DNA of 64,000 nucleotides from an uncultured Microthrixaceae bacterium (GCA_963792205.1 CAWBVI010000004.1:895362-959361), one strand, 5' to 3'; positions 35,935 to 46,061 are shown, counted from the stretch's first letter. Notes: generated by a model from the sequence alone, not told the origin. Numbers and translations: made by a program.

Positions 35935-37757
35935 CAGTCCAGGGTGAACTCGCGGGTCCACTCGGTGCCCTCGGCCCACGGCGGCTGGTCGCCCTCCTCG
36001 AGGACCAGGTCCTCGAGGACCAGGCTGTCCATCTCCGTGCGCCGGAAGCAGCGGTAGGCGTCCTCGGGCGTGGCCACGATCGGCTCGCCCCGGACGTTGA
36101 ACGACGTGTTGATCAGCACCGGGCAACCGGTGCGGGCCTCGAACGCGGTGAGGATCTCGTGGAACTCGGGGTTGCGCTCCGCGTCCACGGTCTGGAGGCG
36201 GGCCGAGTGGTCGACGTGGGTGACCGCGGGGAGGTCCGAGCGGACCTGGTTCACCCACTCCCGCAGGTCATCGGGAGGATCGTCCGCGGGGACCCACCGG
36301 TCTTCACGCACGTCGGCCACGATCAGCATGTAGGGCGACGGGCCCTTGTGGTCGAAGACGTCGGCCACCCGCTCCTCGAGGACCGCCGGGGCGAAGGGGC
36401 GGAAGGACTCGCGGTACTTGATCTTGAGGTTCAGCACCGACTGCATCTCCGGCGACCGCGGATCGCCGATGATCGACCGGTGGCCGAGGGCGCGCGGCCC
36501 GAACTCCATGCGGCCCTGGAAGAGGCCGACGACATCGCCTCGGGCGACCAGGTCGGCCACCGCGTCGCCCCGCTCCCCGGGCACCAACCGCCGGTACGGG
36601 TAGCCCTGGTCGTCCAGCCAGGCGGCGATCTGCTCGGTGGTCCAGGACGGCCCGAGGAAGGCCCCGTGCATCCCGTCCGGGCGCACGGGGGTGCGTTCGT
36701 GGCCGAGCACCTGGTGCCAGCCCCACAGTGCGGCCCCCACCGCGCCACCGGCGTCCCCTGACGCGGGCTGGATCCAGAGGTCGTCGAAGGGCCCCTCCCG
36801 CAGCAGGCGGCCGTTGGCGACGCAGTTCAGGGCGACGCCCCCCGCCAGGACCGCCCGGCGCTCGCCGGTCAGCGACGCCGCGGTGCGGGCCATCCGCAAC
36901 ACCACCTCCTCGGTGACCGCCTGCACCGAGGCGGCCAGGTCCATCTCCCGTCGGGTCAGCTCGGACTCCGGCGCCCGCGGCGGGCCGCCGAACAGGTCGT
37001 CGAAGCGGGCGTTGGTCATGCGCAGCGACGACAGGTAGCCGAAGTACCGGCGGTTCACCGTGAACGAGCCGTCGTCGTGCAGGTCGATGAGGTCGTCGAG
37101 GATGGCGTCGACGAACCGCGGTTCGCCGTACGGGGCCAGCCCCATGAGCTTGTACTCGCCGGAGTTGACCCGGAAGCCGCAGTAGGAGGTGAAGGCGGAG
37201 TACAGCAGCCCGAGCGAGTCGGGGAAGTTGAGCTGGCGGACGAGCTCGACCTCGTGGCCCCGCCCGACGCCGATGCTCGCGGTGGCCCACTCCCCCACGC
37301 CGTCGAAGGTGAGCACCGCGGCCGACTCGAAGGGGGACGGGTAGAACGCCGACGCGGCGTGGCTCTCGTGGTGCTCGGCGAACCACAGGTGCTGCGGCCG
37401 GTCGTAGCCGAGCGCGGCCAGCTCCGCCTCGATCTTCTGGCCGATCCAGAGCTTCTCCCGCAGCCACAGCGGCAGCGCGGTGTGGAACGAGCGGAATCCG
37501 CGCGGCGCCGTGGCCAGGTACGTGCGGAGGAGCCGGACGAAGTGGGTCAGGGGCTTCTCGTAGAAGGCGACGGCGTCGAGACCGTCGGGCGACACACCGG
37601 CGTGGTCGAGGCAGTAGCGCACGGCGTGCGCCGGGAACGCGGCGTCGTGCTTCTTGCGGGTGAAGCGCTCCTCCTGGGCCGCGGCCACCAGGTCGCCGTC
37701 GCGCACCAAGGCGGCAGCCGAGTCGTGGTAGTAGGCGCTGATCCCGAGGATGTGCAT
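35934..37757 (-). CDS. NodU/CmcH-family carbamoyltransferase
   Basis: 607 aa. MHILGISAYYHDSAAALVRDGDLVAAAQEERFTRKKHD (Kae1/ASKHA-like N-domain), and a C-terminal YrdC-like/NodU region with HVDHSARLQTV and VLINTSFNVRGEPIV. Confidence 0.92.
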   Translation of the reverse strand: MHILGISAYYHDSAAALVRDGDLVAAAQEERFTRKKHDAAFPAHAVRYCLDHAGVSPDGLDAVAFYEKPLTHFVRLLRTYLATAPRGFRSFHTALPLWLREKLWIGQKIEAELAALGYDRPQHLWFAEHHESHAASAFYPSPFESAAVLTFDGVGEWATASIGVGRGHEVELVRQLNFPDSLGLLYSAFTSYCGFRVNSGEYKLMGLAPYGEPRFVDAILDDLIDLHDDGSFTVNRRYFGYLSSLRMTNARFDDLFGGPPRAPESELTRREMDLAASVQAVTEEVVLRMARTAASLTGERRAVLAGGVALNCVANGRLLREGPFDDLWIQPASGDAGGAVGAALWGWHQVLGHERTPVRPDGMHGAFLGPSWTTEQIAAWLDDQGYPYRRLVPGERGDAVADLVARGDVVGLFQGRMEFGPRALGHRSIIGDPRSPEMQSVLNLKIKYRESFRPFAPAVLEERVADVFDHKGPSPYMLIVADVREDRWVPADDPPDDLREWVNQVRSDLPAVTHVDHSARLQTVDAERNPEFHEILTAFEARTGCPVLINTSFNVRGEPIVATPEDAYRCFRRTEMDSLVLEDLVLEEGDQPPWAEGTEWTREFTLD

Positions 37758-37858
37758 GGTGTCCCGGCGGCCCCCCGCCGGGCATCAAGTGTCGCGCGAC
37801 CGGCCCGGCACGCACGAGGCGGCGGTGGGGTCCGCTGGGGCGGCGACGCCGCTGAACG

Positions 37859-38551
37859 TCAGACCGAGACGAGACTCGGGATGTCGACCCCTTTGGCGTC
37901 GCCGTCGTAGGTGACCTCGCCGTCACGGAGGGCGATGCAGCGGTCGACCCGGTCGACGAAGCCCGGATCGTGGGTGGCCACCACGAGGGTGGCCCCGTCG
38001 GCGTGCTGCTCGTCGAGCATCTCCAGGAGCGCCGCCTTGCCGGCCAGGTCGAGGCCGACGAAGGGCTCGTCGACGAGGAGCAGGCCGAAGGGCCGGGTGA
38101 GGCCCAGCAGCAGCGCCGTCTTCTGGCGCAGGCCGCGGCTGAAGCGGGCGGGCAGGTCGTCGATGCGGGGCAGCAGGCCGAGTCGGTCCGCCGCTTCCTC
38201 CTCGTCGGGACCGAAGCCGTCGGTGCCGTGGAGGCGGTTGAGGTAGTCGATGTGCTCGCGCACGCTGAGGTCGTCGTAGAGCACCGGCTCGTCCGGGAGG
38301 AACGAGACCACGGCGCGCGCCTCGAGCGAGCCGGCCTCGGTTCCGTTGATCCGGATGTCGCCGTCCGTCGGGTCGAGCACACCGGCGACCATGCGCAGCA
38401 GCGTGCTCTTGCCGGAGCCGTTGTGGCCGATGAGGGCCACGCGTTCGCCGCGCGCCACCGTGAGGTCGAGCGGGGTCAGGGCGTCGAGGTCGCCGTACCG
38501 CTTGGTCAACCCTTCGGTCGCGAGCATCGGGGGGGTGGTCTTCTTGGCCAT
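37859..38551 (-). CDS. ABC transporter ATP-binding protein
   Basis: 230 aa. Walker A GHNGSGKST, signature-like FSRGLRQK, Walker B LLLVDEP, H-loop ATHD. Confidence 0.93.
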   Translation of the reverse strand: MAKKTTPPMLATEGLTKRYGDLDALTPLDLTVARGERVALIGHNGSGKSTLLRMVAGVLDPTDGDIRINGTEAGSLEARAVVSFLPDEPVLYDDLSVREHIDYLNRLHGTDGFGPDEEEAADRLGLLPRIDDLPARFSRGLRQKTALLLGLTRPFGLLLVDEPFVGLDLAGKAALLEMLDEQHADGATLVVATHDPGFVDRVDRCIALRDGEVTYDGDAKGVDIPSLVSV

Positions 38552-38561
38552 CAGGTCCTCA

Positions 38562-40295
38562 TCACTTGTTCGTCCGGGGGAGCGAGGTCGTCACCCGGGT
38601 CGGCGCCGGCTTCCGGCTGGACCGGGCCGGGGTGGGGGCGGGGCGGCGGACCTCGTCGTCGGAGGCGCCACCCCGGGACGGGGACCCGGCCAGGCCGGAC
38701 TGCTCCCGGAGCTCGCGGAACCACGCCTTGATCGACTCCCGCTGGTGGATCCAGGCCACGACCAGTGCGGTCACGACCAGGGAGATCACCGCGCCGATGG
38801 CCGCACCGCCGACCGGGTCGGCGTCGGACTCGAGGGCCGACCGGGCCAGGGCGACCGGCACGACGCCGATGACGGCCACCAACGGGGGGCCGACGATGCG
38901 GAACGCCGATCGAACGCCGGCCACTTCGGGCGGGATCAGGTCCCAGGACGCCGAGGGCTCCTGGATGCCCTGGAGGACACTCAGCCCGCCGCCGGCGGCC
39001 GCGGCGAGCGCCGCGGTCGGCACGGTGACCGCGGCGACCGCGAGCGCTCCCAGGCCCGGATCGAGCGCCACGCCGACGGCCGCGCCGACGAGGGCGACCA
39101 GGACCATCACGACGGCCCCGACGCCCAGGTGGCGCACGAGGAGGTCACCGATCGGATGGGGCAGGCCATCGCTGCGGCCGGGGTGGTCGGCCTCCTGGGC
39201 CATGGACTCGACGGCGTCCAGCGCCGCCAGGTACAGGGCGCCACCGGCCACGATCACCAGCGCGGTGTTGCCGTCGGCGACACCCCGGAGGCAGAAGCCG
39301 GCCAAGGCGCCCAGGGCGACGAGGCGGATGACGCGCGCCGCCGGCCAGCGCAACGCGCCGCGGATACCGCGGTGCCACACGGGGAACCAGCCCGACGAAC
39401 GTTCCCGCCACCACGGCCGGGAGCGGGGCAGCTCCAGTGCGAGCTGCCGACGCAGGACCATCACCGTCCGGAAGTCCTGCAGCGTGGCCGCGAACTTGAG
39501 CTGGCCCACGAGTCGCGTGCGGCGCTCCGCCGACTCGAGCGAGTAGCCGCCGAGGCCCACCAGGCCGGCCCCGATCGCCACCAAGGCGAGGACGGCAGGG
39601 ATCAGCGCCAGGGGCTCGAACTCGAGGGGCCAGAGCGGGATGGTGCCCACCAGCCCGGTGGGTGAGTAGTGGGCGACATCGGCGACGTCCGCCACCGCCC
39701 AGGCCAGCAGCCCGCAGCCGACCACGTTGGCCACGACGATCGACAGCCGGCGGCCCCCGGCGATCAGCGCCGCGCCATAGGCCAGGCCGAGGGTGACGAG
39801 GGCGAAGGCCACCCCCGACAGGATCCAGAGGACGGGCTGATCGCCGAGCCGCCGGACGGCGAGCTGGCCGCCGATGGCGCCGACGACGACCGCGGCGAAG
39901 GCGGCGAAGCGGAGCTGACGGATGACGGGCTGGCGCAGGGTGAGGCGGCGGTCGATGGGGGCCAGCAGCACGTGGCGGGCGTCGGGCCCCTCGATGGCGA
40001 TCGGTCCGCCGCGAGCACCCGACCGGAGCCCGACCAGCAGCGCCAGGGCCACCGCGACCCCCACGACGTCGGGGCCGTCCCGCAGGACGAGCGAGGTCCG
40101 GTAGGGCCCGAGGCGGTCGCCGCCGATCCAGCTCGAGAGGGCGAGCACGACGACGATCGAGACCAGGGCCGTCAGGTAGACGTTGTAGAGGGCGTCGATC
40201 CAGTGGATGTCCGCCACCCGCTTGCGCCGGCGGGCCGCCCGCAGCTCGGCGAGCGCCGCGGCAGGGTCCGCGGGACCTATGGGGCGCTCGGGCAC
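38562..40295 (-). CDS. Polytopic membrane protein, probable permease partner of the adjacent ABC ATPase
   Basis: 577 aa with 10 or more hydrophobic segments and a basic, disordered C-terminal tail. Its stop is 10 nt before the ATPase start. No recognisable catalytic motif. Confidence 0.6.
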   Translation of the reverse strand: MPERPIGPADPAAALAELRAARRRKRVADIHWIDALYNVYLTALVSIVVVLALSSWIGGDRLGPYRTSLVLRDGPDVVGVAVALALLVGLRSGARGGPIAIEGPDARHVLLAPIDRRLTLRQPVIRQLRFAAFAAVVVGAIGGQLAVRRLGDQPVLWILSGVAFALVTLGLAYGAALIAGGRRLSIVVANVVGCGLLAWAVADVADVAHYSPTGLVGTIPLWPLEFEPLALIPAVLALVAIGAGLVGLGGYSLESAERRTRLVGQLKFAATLQDFRTVMVLRRQLALELPRSRPWWRERSSGWFPVWHRGIRGALRWPAARVIRLVALGALAGFCLRGVADGNTALVIVAGGALYLAALDAVESMAQEADHPGRSDGLPHPIGDLLVRHLGVGAVVMVLVALVGAAVGVALDPGLGALAVAAVTVPTAALAAAAGGGLSVLQGIQEPSASWDLIPPEVAGVRSAFRIVGPPLVAVIGVVPVALARSALESDADPVGGAAIGAVISLVVTALVVAWIHQRESIKAWFRELREQSGLAGSPSRGGASDDEVRRPAPTPARSSRKPAPTRVTTSLPRTNK

Positions 40296-40357
40296 GGCCG
40301 ATCAGCGTATGGCCACGACCCCTCCGCTCGGCAGTCGGGACGAGCCGTCTCCCGGTG

Positions 40358-41041
40358 TCAGGAGAGCTCGCCGTGCTCCAGGACGTCGATGAGCTCGGGG
40401 TAGAGGCCCGTCCGGAGGGCGGTGGTCGCCTCCCGGCTGCCGGCCGCCCGGGCGGCGGCCCGCTCGATGGCCCGGGTCAGCACCTCGTCCTCGGCCACGG
40501 CCTCGTCGACGATGCCGGCCGCGACGGCCTCGGTCCCGCCCCACCGGCGGGCGGTGATGATGGCGTCGTGGGCGGTGGCGATCGGGAGCTTGGCCGCGAT
40601 CAGCCGGGTCATGCCCGGGGCGAGGGGGACGCCCATGTCGGCCTCGGGGAGGCACCAGAAGCCCCGGTCGGCCCGCATGACCCGGGCGTCGTGGGCCATG
40701 GCCAGCATGGCGCCGGCGGCGAAGGCGTGACCGTTGATCGCCGCCACCGAGTAGAGCGGCAGGCGCAGGAAGCGGGCGAAGAGGCGCAGGGCCTCGGGGA
40801 TCACGGTCCCGAGCGTCCCCTCCTCGATCAGCCGCTCGAGGGCGAAGCCGTTCGAATAGAACTTGCCGTTCCCGGTGGTGACGAGGGCGGCCGGGCCCTG
40901 CGAGGCCTCCACCTGGTCGAGGGCGGCGTGCCACTCCCCGACCGAGTCACCATGGAGCCGGTTGTCGTCGTCCACCATCCGGACCACGAACACCGTGGCG
41001 TCGCCGACGGTCTCCGGCTCGACCGCGACGAAGTCCGTCAC
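40358..41041 (-). CDS. Enoyl-CoA hydratase/isomerase (crotonase) family protein
   Basis: 227 aa. TTGNGKFYSNGFAL and AAINGHAFAAGAMLAMAHD oxyanion-hole segments. Starts 9 nt after the nuoN2 stop. Confidence 0.8.
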   Translation of the reverse strand: MTDFVAVEPETVGDATVFVVRMVDDDNRLHGDSVGEWHAALDQVEASQGPAALVTTGNGKFYSNGFALERLIEEGTLGTVIPEALRLFARFLRLPLYSVAAINGHAFAAGAMLAMAHDARVMRADRGFWCLPEADMGVPLAPGMTRLIAAKLPIATAHDAIITARRWGGTEAVAAGIVDEAVAEDEVLTRAIERAAARAAGSREATTALRTGLYPELIDVLEHGELS

Positions 41042-41050
41042 GAGGTCGGG

Positions 41051-42589
41051 TCAGCGACCGACGGCGACGAGGACCGGGACGGCCTCCTCGGCGAGATCCG
41101 TGAGCTGCCAGGGGAGGATCCCCAGGTCGATGGTGATGAACACGGCCAAGGCCACGCCGAGGGCCGCGGTCCACGGGATCGGGAGCGGCTTGTCGGCCAA
41201 CCGGTCCTCGTCCTCCGGGCGGTCGACCAGGTACATGGCCACGATCACGCGGAGGTAGACGAAGGCGGTGATCACGGCGGTGACCATGGCCACGATGGCC
41301 AGCCAGTACGAGTTCGCCTCGACGGCCGCAGTGATCGACTCGAACTTGGCGAAGAAGCCCGACGTGAAGGGCACGCCGGCCTGGGCCAGGAGCAGGACGG
41401 TGAAGGCGAGGGCCAGGGCCGGCCGACGCCGGGAGAGGCTGTTGTAGTCGTCGATCGAGGTCCGGGCGTCGTGGTCACCGGCGACGATGGTGATGACGCC
41501 GAAGGTGCCGGCCACGATCACGGCGTAGGACGCGATGTAGAAGAGGACGGCCAGGGTCCCCTCGGCCGACGCGGCCTCGACGCCGAGGAGGATGAAGCCG
41601 GCGTGGTTGATGGAGGAGTACGCCATCATCCGCTTGACGTCGGTCTGGACCGCGGCCAGGACGGCCCCGACCACGAGGCTGAGGACGGCCAGGACGTAGA
41701 CCACGGGCTGCCAGTCGACCGCCCACTGGTCGAAGGTGGTGACGAACACCCGGATGAGGGCGGCGAAGGCGGCGGCCTTGACCCCGCCGGCCATGTAGGA
41801 GACCGCCGGAGACGGCGATCCCTGGTACACGTCCGGCGTCCACGAGTGGAAGGGCACGGCGGCGATCTTGAAGCCGAGCCCGACCAGCAGCAGCATGAGG
41901 CCGACCAGGAGCACCCCGTCGTCGAGCAGGACGTTCTCGGCCAGGAAGGCCGAGATGTCGGAGAGGTTGGTGCTCCCCGTGGCGCCGTAGACGAAGGCGA
42001 TGCCGTAGAGGAAGAAGGCCGAGGAGAAGGCGCCGAGGACGAAGTACTTGAGCCCGGCCTCCTGGGACTCGGTCCGGTGGCGCTGCATGGCCGCCATCAC
42101 GTAGGCGGCGATCGAGAGCACCTCGAGGCCGAGGAAGACGACGATCAGGTCGTTGGCGAACGCCATGGTGACGCCGCCCGCGGCCGAGAGCAGCATGAGG
42201 ACGTAGTACTCGGGGCCGTCGAGCCGCTCCCGACGCAGGTAGCTGTCGCTGAGCAGCGTGGTCAGGATCACCGAGACGCCGATGACGATGGTCACGAACA
42301 CGGCGAAGCGGTCGACGGCCACGGCACCGGCGATGGCGGTCGACGGGCCCTCGTCCCCGATCCGGTTCCAGAGGTAGACGGCCGTCCCGATGGTGGCCGC
42401 CGCGGTCAGGATGGTGAAGGCGGCGTTGAAGCCCCGGAACAACCGCTCCTTCATCAGCGACGACAGCAGGATGATCAGGACCGCGCCGACCGACAGGCAG
42501 AGGAGCGGCAGCAGCGCCGACCACGCGATGGCGGGGGTCTCGACCGGTTCGGGCACGTCGAGCTGGGCGAGGAGGGCGACGGCGCTCAT
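41051..42589 (-). CDS. nuoN: NADH-quinone oxidoreductase subunit N (operon 2, 14-subunit type)
   Basis: 512 aa. FKIAAVPFHSWTPDVYQGSPSP and MMAYSSINHAGF. Last gene of the nuoA-N array. Confidence 0.94.
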   Translation of the reverse strand: MSAVALLAQLDVPEPVETPAIAWSALLPLLCLSVGAVLIILLSSLMKERLFRGFNAAFTILTAAATIGTAVYLWNRIGDEGPSTAIAGAVAVDRFAVFVTIVIGVSVILTTLLSDSYLRRERLDGPEYYVLMLLSAAGGVTMAFANDLIVVFLGLEVLSIAAYVMAAMQRHRTESQEAGLKYFVLGAFSSAFFLYGIAFVYGATGSTNLSDISAFLAENVLLDDGVLLVGLMLLLVGLGFKIAAVPFHSWTPDVYQGSPSPAVSYMAGGVKAAAFAALIRVFVTTFDQWAVDWQPVVYVLAVLSLVVGAVLAAVQTDVKRMMAYSSINHAGFILLGVEAASAEGTLAVLFYIASYAVIVAGTFGVITIVAGDHDARTSIDDYNSLSRRRPALALAFTVLLLAQAGVPFTSGFFAKFESITAAVEANSYWLAIVAMVTAVITAFVYLRVIVAMYLVDRPEDEDRLADKPLPIPWTAALGVALAVFITIDLGILPWQLTDLAEEAVPVLVAVGR

Positions 42590-44181
42590 CCGTGGCCCCC
42601 TTCGGACTCCGCCTCGGCCTCAGCGGGGCCGCTGGTGGCCACGTCGGGCTGGCGGTAGTCCGTGTGCTCCTCCAGGTGGGCGATGAGCTCGTCCACCGCC
42701 GGTTCGATGCGCTCGAGCGCCGGCTTGGGGTAGACGCCGAGGAAGAGGATCCCGACAAGGAGCGGGGCCATGACCAGCAGCTCCCAGCGGTTCATGTCGG
42801 CCATCTCGGCGTTCTCGCCCTCGGCCGGGCCGTGGAAGACCCGCTGGTAGGCCCACAGCAGGTAGAGGGCGGCGAGGATCACCCCGGCCGCGCCGACCAC
42901 GGCCCACCACTGCCGGGTCAGGAACGACCCCACGAGGATCAGGAACTCGCCGACGAAGCCGTTCAGCCCGGGCAGGCCGATGGAGCTGAGCATCACCACG
43001 GTGAAGACGAAGGCCATGATCGGCGCCGCCTTCTGCAGCCCACCGAGCTCGGCGATCTCACGGGTGTGGCGCCGCTCGTAGATCATCCCGACCAGGAGGA
43101 AGAGGGCGCCGGTGGACAGCCCGTGGTTGACCATCTGGAGCACGCCACCGGACAGGCCCTGGTTGGTGAAGGCGAAGATGCCGAGGACGATGAACCCGAG
43201 GTGGGCCACCGACGAATACGCCACCAACCGCTTCAGGTCCGTCTGCATCGTGGCCACGATGGCGGCGTAGAGGATGCCGATGACGCCGAGGGTGACCAGG
43301 AGCGGGGCGAAGTAGTCGGCGGCCTCCGGGAAGAGGTAGACGCCGAAGCGCACGAAGCCGTAGGTGCCGAGCTTCAGCATGACGCCGGCCAGGATCACCG
43401 AACCGGCCGTCGGGGCTTCGGTGTGGGCGTCCGGCAGCCAGGTGTGCACCGGGAAGAGCGGCACCTTGACCGCGAAGGCGATGGCGAACGCCAGGAAGAT
43501 CCAGCGTCCCGTGTTGACCGCGATGGCCTGGTTGTCGGCCAGCTCGATCAGGTTGAAGGTCAACCCCGTCCCCGCGTCGCGGGCGTTGAGCACGACGAGG
43601 CTCAAGATGCCGACGAGCATCAACGCCGACCCGAACATCGTGTACAGGAAGAACTTCATCGCCGCGTAGACCCGGCGGCCGTGGCCCCACCCGCCGATGA
43701 GGAAGTACATGGGCACCAGCACGATCTCGAACATCACGAAGAAGACGAAGAGGTCGAGGGCGAGGAAGGTGCCGAGACAACCCGCCTCGAGCAGCAGCAG
43801 CCAGGCGTAGTAGGGCTTGTCGTCGTGTCCGGGATCGGTCGCCAGCAGGGCGATCGGGAACAGGAACACCGTCAGGGCCACGAGCAGCAGCGAGATCCCG
43901 TCGACGCCCAGGAACCAGGAGATCCCGAGGTCGGGGATCCAGGAGTGCTGGGTGGTGAACTGGAAGCCACCGTCGCCGGTCTCGAACTCGAACAGCAACC
44001 AACCACCGAGGGCGGCCACGGTGAAGCTCACGAGCACGGCGGTGGCCTTGACCAGTTCGGGTCGGCGACGCGAGAGCAGTGCGACCAGCAACGCGCCGGC
44101 CGCCGGCACGATCACGATGGCCGTGAGGATCGGGAAGCCGACCGTGGCCCCGCCAGTCGAGGCGAACAGGGCGCTCACCAC
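42586..44181 (-). CDS. nuoM: NADH-quinone oxidoreductase subunit M (operon 2)
   Basis: 531 aa. AVKVPLFPVHTWLPDAHTEAPTAGSV and KRLVAYSSVAHLGF. Confidence 0.95.
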   Translation of the reverse strand: MVSALFASTGGATVGFPILTAIVIVPAAGALLVALLSRRRPELVKATAVLVSFTVAALGGWLLFEFETGDGGFQFTTQHSWIPDLGISWFLGVDGISLLLVALTVFLFPIALLATDPGHDDKPYYAWLLLLEAGCLGTFLALDLFVFFVMFEIVLVPMYFLIGGWGHGRRVYAAMKFFLYTMFGSALMLVGILSLVVLNARDAGTGLTFNLIELADNQAIAVNTGRWIFLAFAIAFAVKVPLFPVHTWLPDAHTEAPTAGSVILAGVMLKLGTYGFVRFGVYLFPEAADYFAPLLVTLGVIGILYAAIVATMQTDLKRLVAYSSVAHLGFIVLGIFAFTNQGLSGGVLQMVNHGLSTGALFLLVGMIYERRHTREIAELGGLQKAAPIMAFVFTVVMLSSIGLPGLNGFVGEFLILVGSFLTRQWWAVVGAAGVILAALYLLWAYQRVFHGPAEGENAEMADMNRWELLVMAPLLVGILFLGVYPKPALERIEPAVDELIAHLEEHTDYRQPDVATSGPAEAEAESEGGHG

Positions 44182-46058
44182 CCGACCCTCGTGGCCACGT
44201 AGACGAGCATGACGACGGTTCCCAGCGCGATCCCGAGGGCGTAGTTGCGGACGTAGCCGGACTGGAACCGGCGGAGCTGGTTGCCCAGGCCCCGCACCGA
44301 CGCCCCGACGCCGTCGACGGCGCCGTCGACGACCACCCGATCGAAGGTGGCGGTGGCCTCGAAGGCGTCCTCACCGGGCCCGTCCACCGCTTTGGCGACC
44401 GTCTCGTCGATGTACCAGGCGTGGGCCAGCACGGTCGGCTCGACGACCGGAAGGCGCTTGCGCAGGTAGATGGCCCAGGCCACCGCGATGCCGAGGAGGG
44501 CGGTGCCGATCGCGATGAGGGCCAGGATCCACTGCCCGCCGCCCGACACCGTGAGGTGGGCCTCGCTCCCGTGGACCACGGGCTCCAGCCAGTGCTCGAA
44601 CACCTTGAGGTCCTCGTCGAACGGCAGGTTGAGGAACCCGAGCACCGTCGCCAGCCCGGCCAGGACCACGAGAGGCAGGGTCATCGTCCACGGCGACTCG
44701 TGGGGGTGCACCGCGTGCTCCCCCTCCTCCTCCCATCGGGCCTCGCCGAAGAAGACCATGAAGACCTGGCGGCTCATGTAGAAGGCGGTGAGCAGGGCGG
44801 TGGCCAGGCCGACCAACCACAGGGCCGGGCTGTTGTCGAAGGCGAAGGCCAGGATCTCGTCCTTGGACCAGAAGCCGGCGAACGGCGGGACCCCGGCGAT
44901 GGCCAACCAACCCACGATGAAGGTGACGCAGGTCACCGGCAGGAACTTGCGCAGTCCCCCCATGCGCCGCATGTCCTGCTCGTCGTGCATCCCGTGGATG
45001 ACCGAGCCCGCACCGAGGAACAGCAGCGCCTTGAAGGCGGCGTGGGTCACGACGTGGAAGAGGGCGGCGACGTACGCCCCCGAGCCCACGGCGAGGAAGG
45101 TGTACCCGAGCTGGCTGATCGTGGAGTACGCCAGGACCTTCTTGATGTCGTTCTGGGCGACGGCGATGGTTGCGGCCAGCAAGGCCGTCCCCACCCCCAC
45201 CCAGGCGATCAGGTCGGGCAACCAGTCGCTGGAGGCCGCCAGGACCGGGTTCACCCGGATCATGAGGTAGACGCCGGCGGTGACCATGGTGGCGGCGTGG
45301 ATGAGCGCCGAGACCGGCGTGGGCCCCGCCATGGCGTCGGGCAGCCAGACGAAGAGGGGGATCTGGGCGGACTTGCCCACCGCGCCGACGAAGAGGAGGG
45401 CGGCGATGGCCGTGGCGGTGGTGGTGGCGAGCGTCCCCGCCTGGCCGTTCAGATCGGCGTAGTTGAGCGAGCCGACGGCGGCGAAGGTGAAGAACATGGC
45501 GACCAGGAAGCCCCAGTCACCTATGCGGTTGGTCACGAACGCCTTCTTGCCGGCCACGGCGTTCGGCATCTCGGAGAACCAGAAGGCGATCAGCTGGTAG
45601 GAGCAGAGACCGACGCCCTCCCAGCCGAGGAAGGTGACGAGCAGGTTGTCGCCCAGCACCAGCATGAGCATGAAGAAGACGAACAGGTTGAGCAGGGCGA
45701 AGAACCGGGCGTAGTCCTTGTCGCCGTGCATGTAGCCGATCGAGTAGAGGTGGATCAGCGAGCCCACGCCGGTGATGACCAGCGCCATCGTGATCGACAG
45801 CGGATCGGCCAGGAACCCGAGGTCGACGGTCAGGCCGCCGGCCGGCAGCCACTCGAAGAGGGTCTGGGTGAACTCCCGCTCCTCGGGCACGCGGTCCACG
45901 AGGCCCACGAAGACCACGACGGTGGCCGCGAGCGATCCCCCCAGCAACAACGTGGCCAGCCAGCCCGCCAGCGGCTCGCCGATCCGCCGGCCCGCGAGCG
46001 TGAGGATCACGAAACCCGCCAGCGGGAGCGCGGGGATCAACCAGACGAGGTCGAGCAT
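44175..46058 (-). CDS. nuoL: NADH-quinone oxidoreductase subunit L (operon 2)
   Basis: 627 aa. WEGVGLCSYQLIAFWF and KSAQIPLFVWLPDAMAGPTPVSALIHAATMV. Confidence 0.95.
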   Translation of the reverse strand: MLDLVWLIPALPLAGFVILTLAGRRIGEPLAGWLATLLLGGSLAATVVVFVGLVDRVPEEREFTQTLFEWLPAGGLTVDLGFLADPLSITMALVITGVGSLIHLYSIGYMHGDKDYARFFALLNLFVFFMLMLVLGDNLLVTFLGWEGVGLCSYQLIAFWFSEMPNAVAGKKAFVTNRIGDWGFLVAMFFTFAAVGSLNYADLNGQAGTLATTTATAIAALLFVGAVGKSAQIPLFVWLPDAMAGPTPVSALIHAATMVTAGVYLMIRVNPVLAASSDWLPDLIAWVGVGTALLAATIAVAQNDIKKVLAYSTISQLGYTFLAVGSGAYVAALFHVVTHAAFKALLFLGAGSVIHGMHDEQDMRRMGGLRKFLPVTCVTFIVGWLAIAGVPPFAGFWSKDEILAFAFDNSPALWLVGLATALLTAFYMSRQVFMVFFGEARWEEEGEHAVHPHESPWTMTLPLVVLAGLATVLGFLNLPFDEDLKVFEHWLEPVVHGSEAHLTVSGGGQWILALIAIGTALLGIAVAWAIYLRKRLPVVEPTVLAHAWYIDETVAKAVDGPGEDAFEATATFDRVVVDGAVDGVGASVRGLGNQLRRFQSGYVRNYALGIALGTVVMLVYVATRVGW

Positions 46059-46061
46059 CGA

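Noticed and set aside
37758..37858. GC-rich hairpin CCCGGCGG-GGGG-CCGCCGGG just upstream of the carbamoyltransferase ATG as a terminator or riboswitch
   Set aside because: It has no U-tract and no extended conserved-looking structure. Short GC palindromes like this arise frequently by chance at this GC content. It may still mark a promoter-containing gap, but I cannot support a specific call.
36304..38382. 692-aa alternative-frame ORF across the carbamoyltransferase and ABC ATPase genes (similar long Arg/Pro-rich ORFs overlie both nuo operons, e.g. 23876-25267 and 43058-44374)
   Set aside because: These are out-of-frame shadows of strongly supported genes, with composition typical of off-frame high-GC translation.
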